From Candidatus Obscuribacteraceae bacterium (GTDB lineage Bacteria > Cyanobacteriota > Vampirovibrionia > Obscuribacterales > Obscuribacteraceae): a DNA stretch of 64,000 nucleotides. The notes under the pieces were generated by a model, which saw only the letters and a program-made list of their open reading frames with translations, was not told where the DNA came from and ran no database searches. This document shows, piece after piece, positions 1 to 8,852 of the stretch. The position numbers and the translations under genes are program-made. Position 1 is the stretch's first letter. Each line of letters opens with the position of its first letter. The stretch lies in contig JBGAHS010000009.1 of the NCBI GenBank assembly GCA_044226015.1, positions 64,001-128,000 of the forward strand, written 5' to 3'.

Positions 1-1474
1 CAGAATGTTTATCACGCAATTCAAAATGCAATTTGTCGAGGGTGCGATTTTGTTCAGCTATGGCGTTGTTTTGTTCTTCCAATTCATCAGACTTCTGTTC
101 TAACTCTTCGTTTGTCTGGCGTAGCTCTTCCTGTTGAACTTCCAGTTCCTCCTGCTGCGCCTGTAGCTCTTCATTCATAGTTTGGGTGTCGCGAAGTAAG
201 CTTTCTGTAGCCAGATTTAGCTCAATAGAGTTCATGATTGAGCCCAACCATGGTGCCAGGTTTGCCATCAATTTTTCGACTTGCTCACTGAAGCCTTGTA
301 CGGACGCAACTTCAATGATGCCTTTTAATTCCGTACCAAAAAATATTGGTTGAACAATTAGCCCTAACTTTTTTGATCTTAGCAGTGTAGAAGTTATTAC
401 CTTGTTTTCGGAATCGAGCTCCTTAAAGTGCTTGGCGACACCTGTCTGTGCAACCTGTCCCAATAGTCCTTCACCAAAGTCGATGCTTTTTTGAAGCGTG
501 TTAGGATCGCAGGCATACGCTCCAATTAGATGCAAATCTTTTTTGTTTGCATCCAAATGTACACGGTATATGGTGCCTTGCTGAGCCTCGATAGCTTCTG
601 CAAGTGTTTCAATGAAGCCTGCGCCTAGTGATTCAAGAGTGCGGTATTGCTGAAGTCTTGCAGTAAGGTCAGTAAATTTATCTTTGATCCAGTTCTCCTG
701 ACGCGCGGCTGTATCCTGTGCTTGAAGCTTAGAAGTCATTTCGTTAAATGCATCAGCAAGTACGTTAATTTCATCATTTCCTGGAAGTACCGTTCGCACT
801 GCGAAGTTACCTTGACCTACCTGGATGGCATTCTGCTGCAAAGCTGTTATTTTCGAACTTATGGCTCGACCAACCAGATATCCGATAACGCCGATGAGGA
901 GTACTGCCGCCATAGAGCCATATAGTGACGATTTTTCTGTCATTTCGACTAATTGAATGGCGGATGTGGTGCGAGTGTTTAATAACCTCTGCTCCTCAAA
1001 CTTCATTTTTTGAACGATATGATCAATGTCCTCGCGCAGCTTAAGTCCAGTTTTCTGCTGAATCAGATTCGCAGAGCCCTGGAAATCTTTTCTTCTCGCT
1101 TCAATAACTAAGTCGTTGAATGAAATCTTTTTGTCAATGATTGGGGCAAGTTCTGCACAATAAGAAGTTTGTGTTGGGTTATCTGCTGTGAGCTTTCTTA
1201 TTTCGTCGAGTTCAACGAGCGGTTTTACTTTGTACGTGTTGTAGTCAGAAAGAAATGTTGGATCTGCCGCAACGCAGAAGCCTCGTGCGCACCCTTCAAG
1301 ACGACTGATCGATTCGGATAAACTATCGAGCCTGCCCAAAACTTGATATGTATGCTCGACCCACTGCCTCGTGGTGCTCAGTCTGTCGAGGTTATGATGA
1401 TAAACGAAGCCTATAATCAAAGGGCTAATTACGGCAACTAGAAATGCAAAACCTAGTTTTGCGCTGATCTTCAT
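1..1474 (-). CDS. CHASE3-HAMP-GAF sensor protein, probably a hybrid histidine kinase (3' part runs off the window)
   Basis: Absent from the ORF track because it has no stop in the window. Manual translation from ATG 1474 gives MKISAKLGFAFLVAVISPLIIGF (TM), then WVEHTYQVL..ARGFCVAADPTFL (CHASE3), a HAMP segment (GNDEINVLADAFNEM), a GAF (FGEGLLGQVAQ..PIFFGTELKGIIEVAS) and the coiled coil EELQAQQEELEVQQEELRQTNEELE that typically precedes HisKA. Confidence 0.85.
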   Translation of the reverse strand, partial: MKISAKLGFAFLVAVISPLIIGFVYHHNLDRLSTTRQWVEHTYQVLGRLDSLSESISRLEGCARGFCVAADPTFLSDYNTYKVKPLVELDEIRKLTADNPTQTSYCAELAPIIDKKISFNDLVIEARRKDFQGSANLIQQKTGLKLREDIDHIVQKMKFEEQRLLNTRTTSAIQLVEMTEKSSLYGSMAAVLLIGVIGYLVGRAISSKITALQQNAIQVGQGNFAVRTVLPGNDEINVLADAFNEMTSKLQAQDTAARQENWIKDKFTDLTARLQQYRTLESLGAGFIETLAEAIEAQQGTIYRVHLDANKKDLHLIGAYACDPNTLQKSIDFGEGLLGQVAQTGVAKHFKELDSENKVITSTLLRSKKLGLIVQPIFFGTELKGIIEVASVQGFSEQVEKLMANLAPWLGSIMNSIELNLATESLLRDTQTMNEELQAQQEELEVQQEELRQTNEELEQKSDELEEQNNAIAEQNRTLDKLHFELRDKHS

Positions 1475-1584
1475 ACTATGCTCAGAAAATTCGGATTGGT
1501 CTACGGCTAGATCATAATCCGCTTTTCCTTATTTATCCACAGCTTTGAGCGAATCAGCTTCGCGCGTTTAGCATACTTTCGTCA

Positions 1585-1848
1585 TCAGCAGATGCCATGA
1601 TCTATGGAAAGCCTGATAAGGATTTCCTGATACTGTTTTGTAAATGCCTCTGATTCCGCGGCTTTTCCAGATCGCTCAAGATAGCTGGCATATTCGAAAA
1701 CCGTTAATCCCATTTCTGCGCTGATGTAACCGAATTTTTCAGAAGCAAACTCCATTGACTCTCTGAAGAGCTTGTCGGCTCGCTGAGCCGAAAAGAGAGA
1801 GGACAACTTGGCTTTCAGTAGTATGAGGGTAAGATTTACGTTTTCCAT
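1585..1848 (-). CDS. Small helical hypothetical protein (TPR-like)
   Basis: C-terminal 87 aa of ORF 1585..2022, start moved to MENVN. The segment TVFEYASYLERSGKAAESEAF looks like a TPR helix pair. Confidence 0.45.
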   Translation of the reverse strand: MENVNLTLILLKAKLSSLFSAQRADKLFRESMEFASEKFGYISAEMGLTVFEYASYLERSGKAAESEAFTKQYQEILIRLSIDHGIC

Positions 1849-2135
1849 GAATGTTCTTCGATGTGATTTGAATGAGCATAAATCGCAAATATGAAAATGG
1901 TTGGAAACGCTGTTTTTGCATTGGTAATTTCTCTGCTCCAGATATGGTGGCATCGCTAAGGCGTGGTGCCTATCCACATCTCTTGGCTCGACACAATTCA
2001 GCTTTTTGCCAAATTTTTTCAAGAATCTTTCAGGTGGCGTCTGGCATCATCAGTGTGATGTGGTTCTAGACAAATTTCAAAACGAAATGTTGTTGCAGGT
2101 TCAGTCCTCATCGGGCTGGGGAGTTCTTTGTACAG

Positions 2136-2384
2136 ATGGAAGAAATCAATACTCGAGCAAAACGGGCGCCGATTACGCCGCGAGAAATAGAAATACTAAA
2201 GCTACTTGCGAAAGGTTATTCGAACCAGCAGATTGCGGTCGAACTCGACTGCGCCAAGGAGACTGTAAAGACGCATATTCGGCACATTTTGTCTAAGTTT
2301 AATGCAACTGATCGAACGGATGCAGCCCTAATTGCAAAGTCACAAGGAGTGCTTGATTCTGCCCTTGATGAAATCTGGCATTAG
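2136..2384 (+). CDS. Stand-alone LuxR/NarL-type HTH transcriptional regulator
   Basis: ITPREIEILKLLAKGYSNQQIAVELDCAKETVKTHIRHILSKF..DRTDAA is a canonical GerE/LuxR HTH. No receiver domain is attached. Confidence 0.9.
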   Translation: MEEINTRAKRAPITPREIEILKLLAKGYSNQQIAVELDCAKETVKTHIRHILSKFNATDRTDAALIAKSQGVLDSALDEIWH

Positions 2385-2749
2385 CTGCACCATGATTGAA
2401 TGACAAGCTTTAGCTTTCGTTGTTCAATCGGCCTCTTCAGGAATTCATCGCAGCCAGCTTGTATCATCAGCGTTTCGTCGTTTTGATTTTTGCTGATCGC
2501 GATTATTGGGGTTCTTGCAAATCCTTCTGAAGCTTCTTCCTCGCGAATTGTTCTGATTGCCTCGGCGCACTTAGCGTTCATCGTTGCTTCGATGAGTAAA
2601 AGAGCGTATTTACGGCTTCGCACTGCTGATAAAAGGTCGTCCAACGCGAATACCTGAATAGGTTCAAAATCCAACTTCTTCAGCTGTATGCTCAAGAGCT
2701 GATTTTGTGAGCTGTTCGAATCTGCGACTATGATAACTTTGGCACCCAT
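2381..2749 (-). CDS. Stand-alone CheY-like receiver domain protein (degenerate)
   Basis: Receiver fold pattern VIIVADS..YALLLIE..RTPIIAIS..AGCDEFLKRP. The phosphoacceptor position is Glu and the conserved Lys is Arg. Confidence 0.8.
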   Translation of the reverse strand: MGAKVIIVADSNSSQNQLLSIQLKKLDFEPIQVFALDDLLSAVRSRKYALLLIEATMNAKCAEAIRTIREEEASEGFARTPIIAISKNQNDETLMIQAGCDEFLKRPIEQRKLKLVIQSWCS

Positions 2750-2875
2750 AAACTCTATTATTAGAGCGGAGTTTTCAAAGATTCAACTCACTCAAACGGG
2801 TGAGACAGCAATAGGCGACGGTCGCAAATCACCCATCTCATCAGTAAGACAGGAATTTGCCGTTACTTGCTGTCC

Positions 2876-3691
2876 TTAATTGATTAACGAAAGTTGCTCA
2901 TTCATCAGGCGCTCACAAAAAGATTTGCGATGCCAAATTGTTAGCCCGTGTTCTTGAATCGCATCTCTGTGATCTTTAGAGCCGTAGCCCTTATTTGAAA
3001 ACCAATTGTAGTGAGGAAAGTCGTTGTGCAGTTCGCCCATTAGTTTGTCTCGGTGAACTTTGGCAATCACTGAGGCCGCAGCAATAGAAGCTGATATACC
3101 GTCTCCTCCGATGACTAAGATTTGACGCAAATCGAGGTGAGATACTTTTTGGTTTCCATCAACCAGCACCACAGATGAATTCGTAACCGACAACTTTTTG
3201 ATCGCTCTATTCATAGCGACAAAACTGGCCTGGAGAATGTTGATCTCATCGATTTCGTCGACGCTTGCTTCGGCAATTGCATACTCGCAGTTCTTGCGTA
3301 GAACCTCCGCTAATTCTTCTCTGGCGTTTGCTGTCAACTTTTTAGAGTCGTTAAGTCGTGAAAGCAACTGATGGATTTCTGCATTTTGGTCGATCGAAGA
3401 GAGATTCACAGCAACAGCGACAACCGGTCCGGCGAGGCAGCCGCGCCCGACCTCGTCGGTACCCAACAAGACTGAGTCATCGTTACGCAGCCACTTCTTG
3501 CGCATGTCTGCGTCAAATTCCAACAACTTAGGCAGTATGCTTTCCACTTTTTTTCTACCCGATGGCTTCTTCTCCGTTTTTGGAGCAGCAGAATCTGTTT
3601 TTGTAGACTTCTTTGCACGTTCTGTTGAAGAAGCCTTTTTCTCCAACTTTTTGTCCAGGTCGAGGGTGGCACTACTGATGGTGGCGCTCAT
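2876..3691 (-). CDS. rnhB: Ribonuclease HII
   Basis: GTDEVGRGCLAGPV, LNDSKKL, INILQAS, VDG, SIAAASVIAKVHRD, NKGYGS, HRKSF. Start taken at MSATISS, giving a Lys-rich N-terminal extension. Confidence 0.97.
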   Translation of the reverse strand: MSATISSATLDLDKKLEKKASSTERAKKSTKTDSAAPKTEKKPSGRKKVESILPKLLEFDADMRKKWLRNDDSVLLGTDEVGRGCLAGPVVAVAVNLSSIDQNAEIHQLLSRLNDSKKLTANAREELAEVLRKNCEYAIAEASVDEIDEINILQASFVAMNRAIKKLSVTNSSVVLVDGNQKVSHLDLRQILVIGGDGISASIAAASVIAKVHRDKLMGELHNDFPHYNWFSNKGYGSKDHRDAIQEHGLTIWHRKSFCERLMNEQLSLIN

Positions 3692-3772
3692 TCCTGTATA
3701 TACCTCGCATATGTTACTTTCGCGGAATAGCAACATTCTAGAAGGCGCTTGGAATGAGCACATTAAGCAACT

Positions 3773-4687
3773 TTATCTTGCTTCCATTTTGTCTAAGACC
3801 ACACGGGTTAATTTCCCGCTTCTGAACTCTGAAAGAAATATTCCTGCTGCACGTTTTATATCCAACTTACCACCTGCTTTGAGGCAGGAACGTGCTTTTG
3901 CCACTGTTTCAAGGCAGCTCTTTGCTCCAAGAAATTCTCTGGGGTCTAACTCATCATCGAAGTAATCTGGTTCCGTTTGGGCGCTATCTTCTATGGCGGA
4001 GCCGTTTGAATCAGAATTGTATGTGTCGAGACTCGATGGATATAGTTCTTTCATCAACTCATAACCGAAGGCAGCCACTTCCTCGACGTCGTAATGGTCT
4101 CCGGGAAGGATGTTGCATAGCCCGAGCTTGAGCGCCTGCTCCCCTCTAAATGCCACAAGTGGCAGTATGCCTGGTGTGTCGAGCAGTTCTATTTCTGAAT
4201 GCACGCGAATCCAGCTGTTTCCCCGGGTGACGCCTGGAGTGTTAGCAACAGCGGCTTTCTTCTTTCCAATCATCCAATTTATCAAGCTCGACTTGCCTAC
4301 GTTTGGTAAGCCAAAAACTGCAACCCGAACCGGACGAGGCAGCATGCCTTTTCGTTTGCGGGCTTCATTTTTCTCGTGACAGAGTTCAGCTGCCAGTTCT
4401 AAAAGCTTGTCTTGACCGCGATCAAACTTCAACGACAGTGCGATCGCTCTTCGGTCAGGTTCCTGACTATTGAACCTTGCAACCCATTTCCGCAGAGCGT
4501 GCGGGTCCGCAAGGTCTTCTTTGCAAAGTACTATCACTCGGGGCTTTCGACCGAGCAATTCATTACATTTTGGATGAGTACTACTAATCGGCAGGCGCGC
4601 ATCTCTCACTTCAAAGACAACGTCGACAGCCTGAAGCTGTTCTTGCAGTCTTTTGAGAGGCGTGCCTGCCTTCTTACCTGGAGGCAT
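3773..4687 (-). CDS. rbgA: Ribosome biogenesis GTPase RbgA/YlqF (circularly permuted GTPase)
   Basis: EVRDARLP, G4-like CKED before G1 GLPNVGKSS, G2 PGVTR and G3 LLDTPGIL. Lies between rplS and rnhB, the familiar gene order. Confidence 0.93.
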   Translation of the reverse strand: MPPGKKAGTPLKRLQEQLQAVDVVFEVRDARLPISSTHPKCNELLGRKPRVIVLCKEDLADPHALRKWVARFNSQEPDRRAIALSLKFDRGQDKLLELAAELCHEKNEARKRKGMLPRPVRVAVFGLPNVGKSSLINWMIGKKKAAVANTPGVTRGNSWIRVHSEIELLDTPGILPLVAFRGEQALKLGLCNILPGDHYDVEEVAAFGYELMKELYPSSLDTYNSDSNGSAIEDSAQTEPDYFDDELDPREFLGAKSCLETVAKARSCLKAGGKLDIKRAAGIFLSEFRSGKLTRVVLDKMEAR

Positions 4688-4744
4688 GAGAATCCTATGC
4701 TAGCAAAACTAGCGTTGGCAACTCTACTGGAATGAGCGTTGAGT

Positions 4745-5173
4745 TTAGGACTCTGAGCTTGCTTCTGGAGCTGGTGCCAGGTCTTTTGCTGGAGCCTTCT
4801 TCGCCGCAGCGTTCATTTCCTTCTGACCACCCATCTTTTCTTTGATACGGGTAGCCTTACCGGAACGGCTTCTCAAATAGTAGAGCTTGGCGCGGCGAAC
4901 TTGACCACGTCTTTGTACGCTGATTTTCTCAACACGGGGTGAGTGGACTGGAAATACTCTTTCAATTCCAACACCCTGGAAAACTCGGCGAACTGTGATG
5001 GTCTGGTTGATGGTATGGCCTGTCTTCTTGATGATGACGCCTTCATAACCTTGTGTACGCTCTTTGCCGCCTTCTTTGATTTTGAAGAAGACTTTGACAG
5101 TGTCGCCCACATCCATTTGTGGAAGATTGTTCTTCAAATAGGGGGCTTCGATTTCTTTCAGAATCTGATTCAT
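4745..5173 (-). CDS. rplS: 50S ribosomal protein L19
   Basis: VGDTVKV..KIKEGGKERTQGYEGVII..TITVRRVFQGVGIERVFPVHSP..RRGQVRRAKLYYLR. Confidence 0.98.
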   Translation of the reverse strand: MNQILKEIEAPYLKNNLPQMDVGDTVKVFFKIKEGGKERTQGYEGVIIKKTGHTINQTITVRRVFQGVGIERVFPVHSPRVEKISVQRRGQVRRAKLYYLRSRSGKATRIKEKMGGQKEMNAAAKKAPAKDLAPAPEASSES

Positions 5174-5290
5174 GGCTTTATATCTATTTTCGTGGAAAAC
5201 TGAGTTGACGATCTTATCACGAGCTCGATGGCAGATTGTCTAGCCAAGGGTTTAGCCGTTAAGCGCTCGTTATATATATTGGTCTAAAAC

Positions 5291-5532
5291 TTTCTAAGAA
5301 AACCGAGAAGGTCACTTTTCGTCTGTGCTTTGAACGCTTTCTTAAGCCCGATTCATTCAATGAGTGGTCGCTGCACCACCCATATATGAGGATGGTTCGG
5401 AGCGCCGGTGTAGTTTTCATGTCTTTCTGTGACGGCAAGGCTCAGATTTTTCCTGGAACTTAAATGGTACGGGTTTCGAATCCGGTCTGAACCACGGAGT
5501 AAGACCGCCGGCATCCTTCCGGCTTCTGGAAA
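5291..5532 (+). ncRNA. ssrS: Probable 6S RNA
   Basis: Forms a long irregular hairpin by hand-pairing: 5291-5311 with 5515-5532, GTCTGTGCTTT (5321-31) with GGAGTAAGAC (5496-5505), and TTCTTAAGCCCG (5339-50) with CGGGTTTCGAA (5470-80). 6S-like motifs flank a central bubble: AAGCCCGAT, GACGGCA, CCTGGAACT, GGGTTTC and a 3' CCGGCATCC. Confidence 0.7.
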
Positions 5533-5548
5533 TATTCGGAGTCTGCGA

Positions 5549-6022
5549 CTATTCAGTAGCCATCAATATGCGACCGTTGGACAGTCCGCGGAGTTCCTCA
5601 ATGAAGTTTTCAACTGACTGGAACTGACGATATACGGAAGCAAAGCGAACGTAAGCTACTTCGTTCAGCAGCTTTAAGCGTGCCAAAACAAGTTCCCCGA
5701 GATTTTGCGAAGCAATTTCTCTTTTACCTAGAATCTGGAACTCAAGTTCGATGGCATCGAGGATCTCTTCAATTTGCTCGGCACTAACTGAAGTTTTTCT
5801 ACAGGCTGTAACAATTCCCGTCATCAATTTTTCCCTGGAATAGGCCTCTCTGCTTCCAGAATTTTTCACTACTAATACTTGTATCGTCTCGACTCGCTCG
5901 TAAGTCGTAAAGCGCCTTTTGCATGTCTCGCATTCTCTTCTGCGGCGCATAGTCTTATTTTCTTCACTGACTCGTGATTCTAAAACTCGACTATCTTTTT
6001 GTTGGCAAAAAGGACAATACAA
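5549..6022 (-). CDS. nrdR: Transcriptional repressor NrdR
   Basis: CPFC..SRVLESR..RRRRECETCKRRFTTYE zinc ribbon, ATP-cone, and VAYVRFASVYRQF. TTG start at 6022 preceded by GGAGG. Confidence 0.97.
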   Translation of the reverse strand: MYCPFCQQKDSRVLESRVSEENKTMRRRRECETCKRRFTTYERVETIQVLVVKNSGSREAYSREKLMTGIVTACRKTSVSAEQIEEILDAIELEFQILGKREIASQNLGELVLARLKLLNEVAYVRFASVYRQFQSVENFIEELRGLSNGRILMATE

Positions 6023-6082
6023 TAGAGAACCCTCCGAGCTAGCACTACAATAATACATGCAACTTTAGTAAGAGCAACACGC

Positions 6083-6754
6083 TTGAAAAAAACGGAAAAA
6101 AGTTACTATCAGATCCTCGGATTGCGCACTGATGCTAGTCCGGCGGATATAAAGCGTGCCTATAGAGAGATAGTCAAAAAGCATCATCCTGATCTTGGGC
6201 AACATCATAAAAGCGAAGATGACCTTGCTCAAGATACTGAGGAAATGCTTCTTATTAACGAAGCGTACGAGACTCTGAAGGACAAGAAAAAGCGGTCAGC
6301 ATATGATGTAAGAATTGGCGTCACAGTATCAATCAAGCCGTTCAAAATGGAAGCGCACAATGAGGATCAGGCTCGGGCTGTCTTTCTTGCGAAGGTTTTT
6401 CACCCATCTCGCTTGGCTATCGGCAAAGTCCTTTCCAATTACAGCAAACAGATCAAAATTCTTTCTGCAGATCCCTATGACGATGAATTGCTCGATCAAT
6501 TTCAGGAATATCTTGATGAATTCGAAGCGGCACTCCGGAAGTCCTCGAATCTTTTTTCAAAACATCAAACTCCCACAACGCTTGAGCCAGCAGCCCTGAT
6601 GATGCGCCATTGTATTGCTCAGTCCTCCGATGCATTGGATGATATGAGAAGGTTTTGCCAGAACTACAACTATGATCATTTGTCTACTGCTGAGGCTCTG
6701 CTTGGCATAGCCCATGATTTATCGAAGAAAGCTTACGCGCTTACTAAAAGCTAA
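6083..6754 (+). CDS. J-domain (DnaJ type III) protein with cyanobacterial-type C-terminus
   Basis: YYQILGL..ASPADIKRAYREIVKKHHPD..INEAYETL..KRSAYD. The C-terminal LSADPYDDELL..NYNYDHL resembles, from memory, cyanobacterial small DnaJ proteins. Confidence 0.9.
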   Translation: MKKTEKSYYQILGLRTDASPADIKRAYREIVKKHHPDLGQHHKSEDDLAQDTEEMLLINEAYETLKDKKKRSAYDVRIGVTVSIKPFKMEAHNEDQARAVFLAKVFHPSRLAIGKVLSNYSKQIKILSADPYDDELLDQFQEYLDEFEAALRKSSNLFSKHQTPTTLEPAALMMRHCIAQSSDALDDMRRFCQNYNYDHLSTAEALLGIAHDLSKKAYALTKS

Positions 6755-6866
6755 ATGGCACAGAGCTTTTGCATGCGCTGCGCCATTCTAATGGTTTTGG
6801 ATTGCGGCTAAGTGCAGCCTAGCTGCAAAGGATTGCTCAAGGGATTTTACGCATTGATTGAGCTGG

Positions 6867-7196
6867 CTAGTAGAGTATTGCTCCACCGAGTCCTGGCCCT
6901 ATCTGCAGTGTTTTTCCGTAAATCGTGTCGTCTTTTCTGTGACCTTTTTTGAAGCGAATAATTGAGGGCTGGTCTGGAATTACGTAGTATTCTCCAGAGC
7001 CATTGATGACCCTACCCTTCAACTTGAACTTCGGCTCTTCAACTTCTGGATTTATAGTCTTGTATCTTTGATCAAGTTTGTTAGCGGCACCACCAGGAAA
7101 AACAGTATCAGTGTCTATTACCTGAGCAATGGCAGGGGCTGTCGCTGAGCTTGCAATCAAAACTGCTAGAGCCGGCAATAAAGGTTTGTGTGTCAT
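6867..7196 (-). CDS. Secreted hypothetical protein
   Basis: MTHKPLLPALAVLIASSATAPAIA|Q Sec signal with GGAGG upstream. No recognisable domain. Confidence 0.65.
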   Translation of the reverse strand: MTHKPLLPALAVLIASSATAPAIAQVIDTDTVFPGGAANKLDQRYKTINPEVEEPKFKLKGRVINGSGEYYVIPDQPSIIRFKKGHRKDDTIYGKTLQIGPGLGGAILY

Positions 7197-7276
7197 GATA
7201 TTTGTCCTCCGTTGCAGATTCGACGGAGCTTTCAGATTATGGTTCCCGAATTGACCAGGAAACATTTATCCGCGCA

Positions 7277-7951
7277 TCAAACACTTATCGCTTTGCTACC
7301 GTGAATGGTGGCATAATTGCTCGACGCAGCCTTACGTTCTTTCGGTTTGTTGCTTGTGTTAGTAAGTAATGCAAGTATCGGGGGCTTTAGCCATCCTCGG
7401 CGGGTAATAGCGTGAAAAAGCGAATATCCTGTCGTTTCGCAATCCAGTTCCAGGACGTCCAGCTCTGCTCTGGAGATTAGTCCCAACTCAAGCAGTTGTC
7501 GAGAAAACCGACTTTGATGCATAGGAGACAGTTGCAACAGATCTTGCAAGCGAAGATAGTACGCCAGTTGTTCCCATGTAATTAACTTTCGTGCTACAAA
7601 AATTCTTCCTAACGGAAGTGGAGGCTTGCATAACTGCTGTGTTTCAAGAGCAGAATCAAGTTGTTCTTTAGTAATCAATCCAGCATCTATTAGCATTTCG
7701 CCAAGAAGTAGTCCACTTCCAGTAACAGACCCGTGTTGTTGTTCGTTTAGCCTTAACTGCGGCTTCGTTATTTCGAATACTTCCTGCAGTTTTTCTTTAG
7801 CGACCTTATACCGTTTAGCCTGATCAGGCTCGTGTTCAGATTCATTTTGTGCCAAAAGAAGTGCTCCACTGAGCTTTTGATATTGTTTCCGCAGAGCGGT
7901 AGAACTTGAACATTCATTCAAGCCCATTAGCAAAGTTAGTAATTTTCGCAT
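7277..7951 (-). CDS. Protein with a J-like N-terminus and degenerate MshEN-type repeats
   Basis: LLGEMLIDAGLITKEQLDSALETQ and PLGRIFVARKLITWEQLAYYLRLQ follow the MshEN pattern RLGxxLxxxGLIxxxxLxxxLxxQ, and two further degenerate copies follow. Confidence 0.7.
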   Translation of the reverse strand: MRKLLTLLMGLNECSSSTALRKQYQKLSGALLLAQNESEHEPDQAKRYKVAKEKLQEVFEITKPQLRLNEQQHGSVTGSGLLLGEMLIDAGLITKEQLDSALETQQLCKPPLPLGRIFVARKLITWEQLAYYLRLQDLLQLSPMHQSRFSRQLLELGLISRAELDVLELDCETTGYSLFHAITRRGWLKPPILALLTNTSNKPKERKAASSNYATIHGSKAISV

Positions 7952-8129
7952 GGTCCTCGACCCTAAGTGCCATTTCGTCTCAATTTAAGCAACCATTGTT
8001 CCAACAAGACCATTGGAGAATACCGAAAATACCTGTGAATACGGAGTCTACAAGGCGCCCTGCCTCGTCCAGGTTTCAGTTTGGAAAAAAATTGGTATGA
8101 ATTTATTTGCAGGCAATTTTTCGAGGTTG

Positions 8130-8831
8130 ATGATGAAGGATTTTGAGAAAGACGGAGCCGCTAGCGGTCCTCCTGCTGGAGATACCGCCCAAGCCCTGAG
8201 AGACGATGCCTCTGTAGCTCCTCCGGAGCGTGCTCCGGAAGCACCAGCGAACCCTGCTGATAAAACTTCTTCTGCAAGCAAGTCGACAGAAAGTATTGAT
8301 AAAGCAAATAGTACACGCGAACGAAATGCTCAGACAGAGCTTGACGTTGCGAATTTACCTGAAAAATTAGGTCTTTCACCAGAGCAGTCAAACCTGCTTC
8401 GAAGCTTTGAAGGCGCCATACTAAAAGGTGATGCAAGTACTGTTAAAAGCCTTTTGCAAAAGAACCATGGAGATCCTGACGCATTAAAACCTGTGATGGA
8501 TGTCCTGGCAAAGGATCTAGCTAAAGCCGGTGTTAGAGCCAATTATGATGTTAATTTTGCGCTCACAGACAAGAAGGACGGCGACGCTGAGCGCACTGGC
8601 ATATTCGACATAAGTACAGCAAAGAGTCCCGAAGATTTTTTCAACAAGGACAGCACTTTTATTTGTTTCTATACAAACCCCAATTCAACCGGTTTTGCTG
8701 AGAACCGAAGTCCTCACCTTCTTAAGAATGGCGGTTTTCAAACCCCTGACTCGGTTGATTTGACCATGAACCAGGGTCTGAAAGAGGTCAGCGGCAAAGT
8801 CATAAATAATTTGCTGGAGAAGAAAAACTAG
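8130..8831 (+). CDS. Hypothetical protein with a charged, disordered N-terminal leader
   Basis: Long ORF. Start moved to MMKDFEK, which has GAGG upstream. No signal peptide. Confidence 0.7.
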   Translation: MMKDFEKDGAASGPPAGDTAQALRDDASVAPPERAPEAPANPADKTSSASKSTESIDKANSTRERNAQTELDVANLPEKLGLSPEQSNLLRSFEGAILKGDASTVKSLLQKNHGDPDALKPVMDVLAKDLAKAGVRANYDVNFALTDKKDGDAERTGIFDISTAKSPEDFFNKDSTFICFYTNPNSTGFAENRSPHLLKNGGFQTPDSVDLTMNQGLKEVSGKVINNLLEKKN

Positions 8832-8852
8832 TTCTCTAGAGTGTAATACCTA

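Noticed and set aside
5429..5617. 62-aa ORF in the rplS-nrdR gap
   Set aside because: It overlaps the probable 6S RNA and the nrdR 3' end, and has no protein-like features.
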